DNA of 51,935 nt from positions 1 through 51,935 of the forward strand of contig JBBREH010000004.1 of assembly GCA_038203095.1 (NCBI GenBank), written 5' to 3'. A model generated the notes under the pieces. It was not told the DNA's origin and searched no databases. It was given only the letters and a program-made list of their open reading frames with translations. The translations under genes were made by a program, and so were the position numbers. The stretch comes from Candidatus Doudnabacteria bacterium. GTDB taxonomy: Bacteria; Patescibacteriota; Doudnabacteria; UBA920. Of the stretch, positions 8,320-15,637 are shown piece after piece (position 1 is the stretch's first letter; every line of letters begins with the position of its first letter).

Positions 8320-11052
8320 CTATTTATTTCTTATGTTGGTTTGATGTTCAGGCGAATTAATTAATCCGCATTTTTTATATTTTTTACCGGATCCGCAGGG
8401 GCAAGGGTCGTTGCGTCCGATGTTTTGCCCCCGTAGGGAACGGTCTAGACCGTTCCCTACGCTACCATCGGAACGGTTTGTTACTAAATTTATCAGCGAC
8501 GGTTGTTCAACAGGCTTTTGATTCACCTGAACCGATATGTGAAAAATGGTAAAGACAATTTGTTTATTAATTTCTTTAACCAAATTTTGAAACATTTGGT
8601 AGCCTTCTCTTTTGTATTCCACCAGCGGGTCGCGCTGGCCGTAACCGCGAAGGCGGACACTGTCACGCAAATGGTCCATAGTGTCCAAGTGCTCCATCCA
8701 TAAATTATCCAACGACTGTAAAGCAACAAACCTTTGCGCGCCCTCAAATACTTCTTTGCCCATTTCCTTTTCTTTGGCCTCCCAAAAATCAACGGCGGTT
8801 TTATAAAGCCTATCAATTATGGCAAATTCTTTATCCCCGGCGCTTCCGGCTTCTTCTTTAATTTGATTGATTAGTTTTTGATCTATTGGAATTATAGCGC
8901 TGGCGGCCGTAAGCAAACTTTCCATATCTTCCTTGGTGTTGCCGTACTCGTCAAGCAAATTCAAATTAAATTTAACCAAGTCAGAAATTTCCTCACGAAC
9001 CATTTCTAAAATCTCGGCTTTTAAGTCTATTAATTTAGCTTCCTCGGTGCCGGCCAAATAACCACGGCGCTTTTTGTAAATAATATTTCGCTGGTGGTTT
9101 AAGACGTCGTCAAATTCTAGCACGTGTTTTCTGGTGTCAAAATTTAAGCCTTCTATTCTCTTTTGAGCGGACTCTATAGATTTGCTGACCATTCTGGCTT
9201 CGATGGGCTGGTCGTCGGTTACTCCTAAAGTAGTCATGAGCGATTTCATCCGCTCGCCACCAAACAGGCGTAAAAGATCATCTTCCATACTTACAAAGAA
9301 CTGGGATGAACCCGGGTCGCCCTGACGTCCGGCGCGCCCTCGAAGCTGGTTGTCTATGCGGCGCGATTCGTGTCGCTCCGTGCCTAAAATGTGCAAACCG
9401 CCGGCTTCACGTACTTTTTTTGCTTCATCTGCGTCTATTGGGTTACCACCAAGTAAAATGTCCACGCCACGACCGGCAATGTTGGTGGCCAACGTTATTT
9501 GACCTAACCGACCGGCCTGAGAAATAATTTGCGCTTCGCGCTCGTGGTTTTTGGCGTTTAAAATTTCAAACTTTAAACCTTCGGATTTAAAATGTTCGGC
9601 AAGCATTTCATTTTTAGCAATGCTCACTGTGCCAATTAAAATTGGCTGGCCTAATTTGTGGCGCTCCTTAACTTCGCGGGTAATTGCTTTGAATTTTTCT
9701 ACTTCAGTTTTATAAACTATATCCGATTTGTCATCCCTAACCATTGGCTTGTTAGTTGGAATTTGCTCTACCGTTAACTGATAGATCTTAAAAAATTCCT
9801 CTTCTTCCGTTTTGGCCGTACCAGTCATACCGGAAAGTTTTTTGTACAATCTAAAAAGATTTTGAAAGGTAATGGTGGCCAAGGTTTTACTTTCCTGCTG
9901 GATTTTAACATTTTCCTTGGCCTCAATAGCCTGGTGCAAACCTTCGCTGTACCTACGACCAAACATTAGCCGGCCTGTAAATTCATCTACAATAATAATT
10001 TCGCCCTCGCGCACAACATAGTCACGGTCTATTTTAAATAAAGTTCTGGCACGCAAAGCCTGCTCAATGTGGTGGATAGTAGTTACACCTTTGGAAGTAT
10101 CGTAAATATTCGGCACTTTTAAAATGCTTTCGATTTTGGTAATGCCGGCGTCACTTAAACTGGCGGCTTTGTGTTTTTCGTCAACAATATAATCGGTATT
10201 GTCTTCAAGCCGATCCACCAGTTTGGCAAACTCATAATATTTACTGGTTGGCTCGCTGTCGGGCATACTAATAATGAGCGGCGTGCGGGCTTCATCAATT
10301 AAAATGCTGTCTACTTCGTCGACAATGGCAAAAAATAATTCGCGCTGAACCAGATTCTGGGCATTCTGCACCATGTTGTCGCGCAAAAAATCAAAACCGT
10401 ATTCATTATTAGTGCCGTAAGTAATATCTGCGGCATAAGCTTCGCGCCTGGTAATTGGCCGCATATGTTTAACATCCATTACCAGCCCTTGGGTTTCGCC
10501 TTCTAAGCGGTCTATTTCTTCCTGCTCGGGTTTGTAATTAGGGTCGTAGAAAAAAGATTGTTCGTGCTGAATGGACGCTACTGATAATCCAAGATAGTGA
10601 TAGACCGGACCCATTAACGAAGCCTGCCACCTTGCCAAATAATCGTTAACCGTAACTAAATGCGCGCCCTTGCCCGCAAGCGCGAAAAGCGCTAACGGCA
10701 AAGTGGCAGTTAAAGTTTTTCCTTCTCCGGTTTTCATTTCCGCAATTTTTCCAACAGCAAGCACAAACCCGCCGGCTACCTGCACATCGTAATGAAATTG
10801 GCCAATGCTTCTTTTAGCCGCCTCCCGCGTTAATGCAAAAACCCTGGGCGCAATTTTCCTTAACTCCTCAAAAATTTCCTTTTCTGTTTCTAATTTCTTA
10901 ATTTCGTCCTTGAATTTCCCAATTTCTTCCCGGATTCTTTCCTGCGATAATTTCTCAATTTCTTGCCCGTATCCATTCACTTCCAAAAGCTCTTTGGCAA
11001 ACCGGTCCAAAGGATTTTTATCTCCGCTAAAAAATTTATCTAAAAAAGACAT
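8320..11052 (-). CDS. secA: Preprotein translocase ATPase SecA
   Basis: MKTGEGKT, DEVDSILIDEART, QLRGRAGRQGDPG, C-terminal GRNDPCPCGSGKKYKKC. Confidence 0.99.
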   Translation of the reverse strand: MSFLDKFFSGDKNPLDRFAKELLEVNGYGQEIEKLSQERIREEIGKFKDEIKKLETEKEIFEELRKIAPRVFALTREAAKRSIGQFHYDVQVAGGFVLAVGKIAEMKTGEGKTLTATLPLALFALAGKGAHLVTVNDYLARWQASLMGPVYHYLGLSVASIQHEQSFFYDPNYKPEQEEIDRLEGETQGLVMDVKHMRPITRREAYAADITYGTNNEYGFDFLRDNMVQNAQNLVQRELFFAIVDEVDSILIDEARTPLIISMPDSEPTSKYYEFAKLVDRLEDNTDYIVDEKHKAASLSDAGITKIESILKVPNIYDTSKGVTTIHHIEQALRARTLFKIDRDYVVREGEIIIVDEFTGRLMFGRRYSEGLHQAIEAKENVKIQQESKTLATITFQNLFRLYKKLSGMTGTAKTEEEEFFKIYQLTVEQIPTNKPMVRDDKSDIVYKTEVEKFKAITREVKERHKLGQPILIGTVSIAKNEMLAEHFKSEGLKFEILNAKNHEREAQIISQAGRLGQITLATNIAGRGVDILLGGNPIDADEAKKVREAGGLHILGTERHESRRIDNQLRGRAGRQGDPGSSQFFVSMEDDLLRLFGGERMKSLMTTLGVTDDQPIEARMVSKSIESAQKRIEGLNFDTRKHVLEFDDVLNHQRNIIYKKRRGYLAGTEEAKLIDLKAEILEMVREEISDLVKFNLNLLDEYGNTKEDMESLLTAASAIIPIDQKLINQIKEEAGSAGDKEFAIIDRLYKTAVDFWEAKEKEMGKEVFEGAQRFVALQSLDNLWMEHLDTMDHLRDSVRLRGYGQRDPLVEYKREGYQMFQNLVKEINKQIVFTIFHISVQVNQKPVEQPSLINLVTNRSDGSVGNGLDRSLRGQNIGRNDPCPCGSGKKYKKCGLINSPEHQTNIRNK
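8433..8460. repeat. GTAG-type REP palindrome within secA
   Basis: Perfect palindrome GTAGGGAACGGTCTAGACCGTTCCCTAC, read as VGNGLDRSL. Confidence 0.88.
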
Positions 11053-11079
11053 AAAGCTACAGAATTACAAATTATAATG

Positions 11080-11196
11080 CACTACAGAAAACTACAGAAT
11101 CTTTATCCAGGCACCTTCCAGGATAACCCGCAGGAAGGTGCTTGGATTTACTATCTTAACTAACATTTCACAAAGGTTCTGTAGTTTTCTGTAGTG
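11080..11196. repeat. Nested inverted repeat upstream of secA
   Basis: 20-bp perfect IR CACTACAGAAAACTACAGAA (11080-11099 / 11177-11196) enclosing TCCAGGCACCTTCC..GGAAGGTGCTTGGA. Confidence 0.8.
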
Positions 11197-11467
11197 TTCG
11201 CTGATTGTTTCCGTAGCTTATTATAACAGACTTCCGCCATAAAAAAAAGCCTTGAATTGAGCTCTGTAAGCATGTGGCGGCGGCCATTGGCCGCCATATT
11301 ATTAGCCATTTATGGGCAAACCCGACAACGCTTGGATTTATTTGCCTCCAAGTTTCGTAGTTTTTTGTAGTGTACCAAATGCTCCCTTATGTAGCACCCT
11401 TTACAACTCTCTCTCTTTGCTAATTTAACTTATCCTCCCGATGAGGATAGAGGATAAAGGAGGTCAA

Positions 11468-11773
11468 ATAACCAACCAGGTGACCAACTAGGAATTTCAA
11501 AGGCTCGCGGCCCAAAAGGCACACGAAATTTGGGAAAAATGGGAGCATGTACTACGGCTAAATTGCTGGAATAAAGCCGTTGCACAACTCCAAAAACAAT
11601 ACATGACGCCGTCCGGAACCTTTTGTGATGCGGCGGTTGCGCCCATTGCTTTTGGGATACATGAGGAGCGCCAAGAGGCGCACGCCCGTCAAGACTGGAA
11701 AGACTCGGAATACGCCGTAGGATGGATGCTCGCGTTTAACAAAACACGAGCTGAAGTGCGAGTTATATTGTAA
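11468..11773 (+). pseudogene. Disrupted ORF with two DUF2934-like repeats
   Basis: SD AAAGGAGGT, then ATA ACC AAC CAG GTG ACC AAC TAG, then an open frame EFQRLAAQKAHEIWEKW...W..A...IAFGIHEERQEAHARQDWKDSE. Confidence 0.5.
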
Positions 11774-12055
11774 GAGATTCTCTGCATATGGACCTGCTTT
11801 GGGTCTTAGAAGCTGAATCAATTCCGAACCATATAACGACCTGGGGCTTCTAATGACCAACAACAAAAACTCATCCCGCATCCGCAGCGCCCCACTTGCG
11901 GATTTTTTTATTAATTGAATCTGGTGCGCTGGCCAAATAATAGTGCTCGACCTTGTGGAGAGCCTATTATTTGACTGATAAAAAGAAAAAAATATCTTCT
12001 CCATAAAGTCGAAGAATATTTTTTTTGAAAACCGCAAAATTTGTAAGTGCCTACA

Positions 12056-12090
12056 AATAAAAACCGGCCCTAGTGTAACATTGGGCCGGT
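12056..12090 (-). terminator. Intrinsic terminator
   Basis: ACCGGCCC-loop-GGGCCGGT followed by TTTTATT on the minus strand. Confidence 0.7.
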
Positions 12091-12125
12091 GCTGAAGTAG
12101 AAATTGCGCCTGCAATCAGCTCAGG

Positions 12126-12164
12126 CTATGTCCAGTCCCCATCAAAACTCCATGCGGTATTCAT
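12126..12164 (-). CDS. 12-aa micro-ORF MNTAWSFDGDWT
   Basis: AAAGGAGG SD 4 nt before the ATG; terminator follows. Confidence 0.4.
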   Translation of the reverse strand: MNTAWSFDGDWT

Positions 12165-12263
12165 GAGGCCTCCTTTTTTTTTGATTGCCATTTAGGCTCT
12201 TTGCAGAGCCAGGAAAATGTTCTCTCTATTGAGACTCAAATTCCTCGCCCTGAATTTCCAGAG

Positions 12264-12458
12264 CTATTCGCTCGCCATAATTGATTCGGCCGCCCTGCCA
12301 CATGAGCAGGAGAGGCTACCATGAACCGCAATTTTGCACTTCGGGCAAAATAAAACATTAAGTTTGCCCTCCTGTAACATCAAGAGCAAAGAATACTGCA
12401 AACTCCCGTGCTTCGGGTTTCCCAAAGCTTCAATTGCTTTTTTTCTTCTATCGGACAT
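12264..12458 (-). CDS. Small hypothetical protein with a CPKC...CSC putative zinc ribbon
   Basis: AGGGAGG SD before MSDRRKK; CxxC and CxC motifs. Confidence 0.65.
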   Translation of the reverse strand: MSDRRKKAIEALGNPKHGSLQYSLLLMLQEGKLNVLFCPKCKIAVHGSLSCSCGRAAESIMASE

Positions 12459-12527
12459 ACTTCCTCCCTGGCGCAACTTGCGCCTTTTTTGATTGTGTTG
12501 AACCTCCCCACAAAATTGTGGGCAAAC

Positions 12528-12554
12528 AAAAAACCGGCCTCGCGTTGAGGTCGG
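12528..12554 (-). terminator. Terminator of the putative aromatic-amino-acid attenuator
   Basis: CCGACCTC-AACGC-GAGGCCGG-TTTTTT; its 5' arm and loop are complementary to upstream GCGTTGAGGCCAGAA. Confidence 0.7.
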
Positions 12555-12591
12555 AAGTTTAGAGTCGAATGCGATCTGTAATATCTGCGGC

Positions 12592-12681
12592 TTAATTTAA
12601 TCTGCGATCTTTCAACTCAAAATTTCTGGCCTCAACGCCCAGTGTAAAATAAAACCAAAAATTTTGTGTTAATTCGCTCAT
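12592..12681 (-). CDS. Putative leader peptide MSELTQNFWFYFTLGVEARNFELKDRRLN
   Basis: Five consecutive aromatic codons; lies between a promoter and a terminator/antiterminator pair. Confidence 0.65.
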   Translation of the reverse strand: MSELTQNFWFYFTLGVEARNFELKDRRLN

Positions 12682-12688
12682 TTCAAGT

Positions 12689-12715
12689 ATTGTAACAGAT
12701 GCGTATAAATTGTCA
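12689..12715 (-). promoter_or_regulatory. Sigma70 promoter of the FWFYF leader
   Basis: TTGACA-16bp-TACAAT with TGn extension, 7 nt before the leader ATG. Confidence 0.7.
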
Positions 12716-12786
12716 AATCGCGATCTGATTTTAGCCTTCTGCGAGTAATACATATCCTTTTCTGTAAAAAAATACTGCCGGCCCCA

Positions 12787-13008
12787 TTAGTGCTTGGGGC
12801 CGGCCTTGAACTTTGCGCGAGTGCAATATTGCAGGTCGCGAAGTTCAATCTGAAAAGCTTGCCCAGGTTCTTCCCCAGGCTGTCTCACTGCGCACTGCAT
12901 TACATTCCCAATATAATACAATTGGAACGTTTTCCCTTTCAAGAATGGAAAACGTTTTGTCATTTGAGGTTTTTTTGTGCGCAGGTACATTTTTACTTTT
13001 ATAATCAT
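12787..13008 (-). CDS. Hypothetical basic protein (73 aa)
   Basis: GGAGG SD before MIIKVKMYLRT. Confidence 0.55.
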   Translation of the reverse strand: MIIKVKMYLRTKKPQMTKRFPFLKGKTFQLYYIGNVMQCAVRQPGEEPGQAFQIELRDLQYCTRAKFKAGPKH

Positions 13009-13141
13009 TGGTCCTCCAACTTTTTTGCAGGCAAACCAGCACCTTTGCTCTGCGATGTAGATTTGTGCTGGCGGCCGGCTAAGTGCATTAGCCAATCGCC
13101 AAAACAAATTTTGCTTGACCTTCTTGGTTCGCCTTTTTCGT

Positions 13142-13172
13142 TAGCGTACTAGTACGTTGAAACGAAAAAGGA
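13142..13172. promoter_or_regulatory. Putative TrpR operator downstream of trpB2
   Basis: TAGCGTACTAGTACGTTGAAACGAAAAAGGA, identical to 15000-15030. Confidence 0.65.
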
Positions 13173-13180
13173 CTAATCTT

Positions 13181-13215
13181 TATTCAGGGGATGTATACCC
13201 TACATCCCCTGAATA
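13181..13215. terminator. 15-bp perfect hairpin after trpB2
   Basis: TATTCAGGGGATGTA-taccc-TACATCCCCTGAATA; no clear U-tract on the minus strand. Confidence 0.5.
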
Positions 13216-13237
13216 TTAATGACAACATAGAACATTT

Positions 13238-14545
13238 TTACTCTTCTGAAACTTTTAAATTTCCGTTGATATAATCCGCGTAGGCCTGCATATCAAAGTG
13301 ACCGTGGCCACTGAGGTTAAAGACTATGGCTTTAGACACACCTTCTTTTTTACATACCAACGCTTCATCAATGGCCGCCTTAATGGCAAAACAAGACTCC
13401 GGCGCCGGTACAATACCCTGGTTTTGGGCAAACATCACTCCGGCCGCAAACGCATCTTTGCTTTCCAATGCCCGAGCCTCAATGATTTTATGTTCATATA
13501 ATGCGCTAACTATGGGCGAAGCGCCGTGGTAGCGCAAACCGCCGGCATGAATCTTAGGAGGCATAAACTGAGCACCCAGGGTTTTCATTTTCATTAGCGG
13601 AGTCATTTGCGCGCTGTCACCAAAATCATATTCATATTTACCCTCAGTTAAGCTGGGACAAACTTTAGGCTCTACTGCTATAGCACGCAGGTCCGGCTTT
13701 TTGCCAGATAGTTTATAGGCCAAAAACGGAAAGGCCAAACCAGCAAAATTACTACCACCACCATGACAACCAATAATTATGTCGGGAAAGTCCCCGACTT
13801 TTTCCAACTGTTTTTTAGTTTCTAAACCAATAATGGTTTGGTGTAAAAGCACATGATTAAGCACGCTACCCAGCGCGTATTTGGTCCCTTCATGGGTAAC
13901 GGCGTCTTCTATTGCCTCGGAAATAGCAATACCTAAACTGCCGGAATTATTAACATCTTCCTCTAAAAGTTTTTTACCAAATTCCGTTAAGGAGCTGGGA
14001 GACGCAACCACCTTACCGTTGAACAACTGCATTAGAATTTTCCGATAAGGTTTTTGTTCAAAGCTAATTTTTACCATATACACCATACACTCAAGCCCAA
14101 AATAGTGGCAGGCAAAACTCAGCGCACTCCCCCACTGCCCGGCGCCAGTTTCTGTAGCCAGTCGTTTTACGCCCTCAGCTTTGTTATAAAAAGCCTGGGC
14201 TAACGCGGTGTTAAGCTTGTGACTGCCCACCGGACTAACACTTTCGTTTTTGTAATAGATTTTGGCCGGCGTGTCCAAAAGCTGCTCCAGCCGCCGGGCG
14301 CGGATAAGGGGCGTGGGTCGGTAGAGCATATAAGCTTTTCTAACTTCATCGGGAATAGCAATATACCTTTCTAAACTGACTTCTTGTTTAATTAATTCCA
14401 TGGGAAAAATTCTGGCCAAATCGGCGGGACCGATTGGCTGCTTGGTTTTGGGGTTTAGTGGCGGGTCTATTCCAAAAGGTAAATCGGCCAAGATGTTGTA
14501 ATAATGAGTGGGAATTTCATTTTCTTCCAATAAGATTTTAGGCAT
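13238..14545 (-). CDS. trpB2: Tryptophan synthase beta chain, type 2 (TrpB2), stand-alone
   Basis: GSHKLNTA (PLP lysine), ETGAGQWG, GGGSN, HAGGLRYHG, NLSGHG; 435 aa; no adjacent trpA. Confidence 0.95.
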   Translation of the reverse strand: MPKILLEENEIPTHYYNILADLPFGIDPPLNPKTKQPIGPADLARIFPMELIKQEVSLERYIAIPDEVRKAYMLYRPTPLIRARRLEQLLDTPAKIYYKNESVSPVGSHKLNTALAQAFYNKAEGVKRLATETGAGQWGSALSFACHYFGLECMVYMVKISFEQKPYRKILMQLFNGKVVASPSSLTEFGKKLLEEDVNNSGSLGIAISEAIEDAVTHEGTKYALGSVLNHVLLHQTIIGLETKKQLEKVGDFPDIIIGCHGGGSNFAGLAFPFLAYKLSGKKPDLRAIAVEPKVCPSLTEGKYEYDFGDSAQMTPLMKMKTLGAQFMPPKIHAGGLRYHGASPIVSALYEHKIIEARALESKDAFAAGVMFAQNQGIVPAPESCFAIKAAIDEALVCKKEGVSKAIVFNLSGHGHFDMQAYADYINGNLKVSEE

Positions 14546-14549
14546 AGAG

Positions 14550-14957
14550 TTATTTGTTATAAATTAATTGTTTTAATGAAATGTTAATTTTGGGTAATTT
14601 AAAGTTAAAATGATGCTTGGTCGTCTTCAAAGGAAAAAGTTGACGGTTTAAGGCCCTGTTTATTATGATTTTTTTGCTAACTGCGAAGTTTTTTCGGCGG
14701 CTGGTCACAGTGATTTTTGAAGATTGGTAATTAACCAACAAAACTGGAATTAGACTGCAGCCAGACTGTTTAACAACCTGCATCCGGTGGTGACCGTCTA
14801 AAACAACTTTAGATTTTAGATCAACCACTATGGGATAAGTGAATTTGCGGGCTTTGTGCAAGAACGCCGAAACTTTTTTTAATCGGTTCGGACTGGTTTG
14901 TTCGTGAGGTTTAAGTTGATTAATTTTAAAAAGTTTTACTTGGTTTATTAATGACAT
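14550..14957 (-). CDS. ParB/Srx-fold protein resembling SerK/SbnI serine kinases
   Basis: LKPHE, PIVVD, VLDGHHR, IPV..VNY and C-terminal LFPLKTTKH; no ParB HTH; ends 4 nt before trpB2. Confidence 0.75.
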   Translation of the reverse strand: MSLINQVKLFKINQLKPHEQTSPNRLKKVSAFLHKARKFTYPIVVDLKSKVVLDGHHRMQVVKQSGCSLIPVLLVNYQSSKITVTSRRKNFAVSKKIIINRALNRQLFPLKTTKHHFNFKLPKINISLKQLIYNK

Positions 14958-14999
14958 AAATTTAAATTCTCCTTCATTGTTTAGATTTTCATTTTACAG

Positions 15000-15030
15000 T
15001 AGCGTACTAGTACGTTGAAACGAAAAAGGA
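15000..15030. promoter_or_regulatory. Putative TrpR operator upstream of the ParB-like/trpB2 pair
   Basis: GTACTAGTAC core; identical 31-bp copy at 13142. Confidence 0.65.
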
Positions 15031-15188
15031 TAAACTACCCCGCAGCAAGCTGCAAGATATTAACTACAAATGCTTCCTATTTCCGGCGAGTGCATCCGAG
15101 CGAGAAATCTGTTATTAATAGACCTCTCAAATGCACTTGGGGTAAAAACTGCAGTAGAGCTGCGCAGTATTAAACCCAAAGGAGATAA
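15030..15188. mobile_element. Degenerate IS200/IS605-end-like palindromic element
   Basis: Starts AACTACCCCGCAGCAAGCTG like 15411; ends CTGCAGTAGAGCTGCGCAGTATT; interior differs. Confidence 0.55.
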
Positions 15189-15189
15189 T

Positions 15190-15224
15190 AAAAAAACACC
15201 CTCCGCAATAGCGCGGAGGGTGTT
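15190..15224 (-). terminator. trp attenuator terminator
   Basis: 12-bp stem AACACCCTCCGC/GCGGAGGGTGTT plus a T-tract, 12 nt after the leader stop. Confidence 0.85.
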
Positions 15225-15236
15225 CTAAAAGGAACT

Positions 15237-15314
15237 TTAGAATAACCAAAGCCGGCTTTGCGGGCGCAAAACCTGCCACCAAGAGACTGACTGGTTAAAT
15301 AGGAAATTTCTCAT
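15237..15314 (-). CDS. trpL: trp leader peptide MRNFLFNQSVSWWQVLRPQSRLWLF
   Basis: Tandem TGG TGG plus a third Trp; sits between a consensus promoter and a terminator, upstream of trpB2. Confidence 0.8.
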   Translation of the reverse strand: MRNFLFNQSVSWWQVLRPQSRLWLF

Positions 15315-15323
15315 AACTCCCCT

Positions 15324-15352
15324 ATTATACACCATCCATGCCTTCGTGTCAA
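15324..15352 (-). promoter_or_regulatory. Consensus sigma70 promoter of the trpL-trpB2 unit
   Basis: TTGACA-17bp-TATAAT, exact consensus. Confidence 0.88.
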
Positions 15353-15353
15353 C

Positions 15354-15370
15354 AGCGTACTAGTACACTG
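15354..15370. promoter_or_regulatory. Putative TrpR operator abutting the -35 of the trpL promoter
   Basis: CAGCGTACTAGTACACTG near-perfect palindrome. Confidence 0.75.
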
Positions 15371-15406
15371 AAACAGGAAAACATGAGTAAATTTCCGTGA
15401 TTCATA

Positions 15407-15548
15407 AATGAACTACCCCGCAGCAAGCTGACGAGGTATCAACTGCAAACTGCAACACCCCTCCCTAGCCCTCCCCATCAAGGGGAGGGAATACTGCAAG
15501 GGAACCGCAGCAAGCTACGGGGTATTGACCAAAACTGTGACAAATAAA
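15407..15548. mobile_element. IS200/IS605-end-like palindromic element, copy 2
   Basis: Inverted near-identical copy of 1153-1294. Confidence 0.65.
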
Positions 15549-15576
15549 TTGCGAGATATTTACAATTTAAGCTAAC

Positions 15577-15617
15577 TTGAACTAATTAACCGAATGTGGT
15601 AGTGTACTAGTACACTA
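15577..15617 (+). promoter_or_regulatory. trpR promoter with overlapping operator
   Basis: TTGAAC-17bp-TAGTGT with TGn extension; perfect 18-bp palindrome TAGTGTACTAGTACACTA at 15600-15617 covers the -10. Confidence 0.75.
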
Positions 15618-15637
15618 ACGTTTAAAGGAAATATTTT

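Noticed and set aside
11558-12115. 185-aa minus-strand ORF
   Set aside because: It runs through a terminator and a hairpin element and overlaps a more protein-like plus-strand frame.
14550-14957. Chromosome-partitioning ParB with GTACTAGTAC as parS
   Set aside because: No HTH or dimerisation domain and no parA; the boxes overlap the promoters of trpR and trpL and resemble TrpR half-sites.
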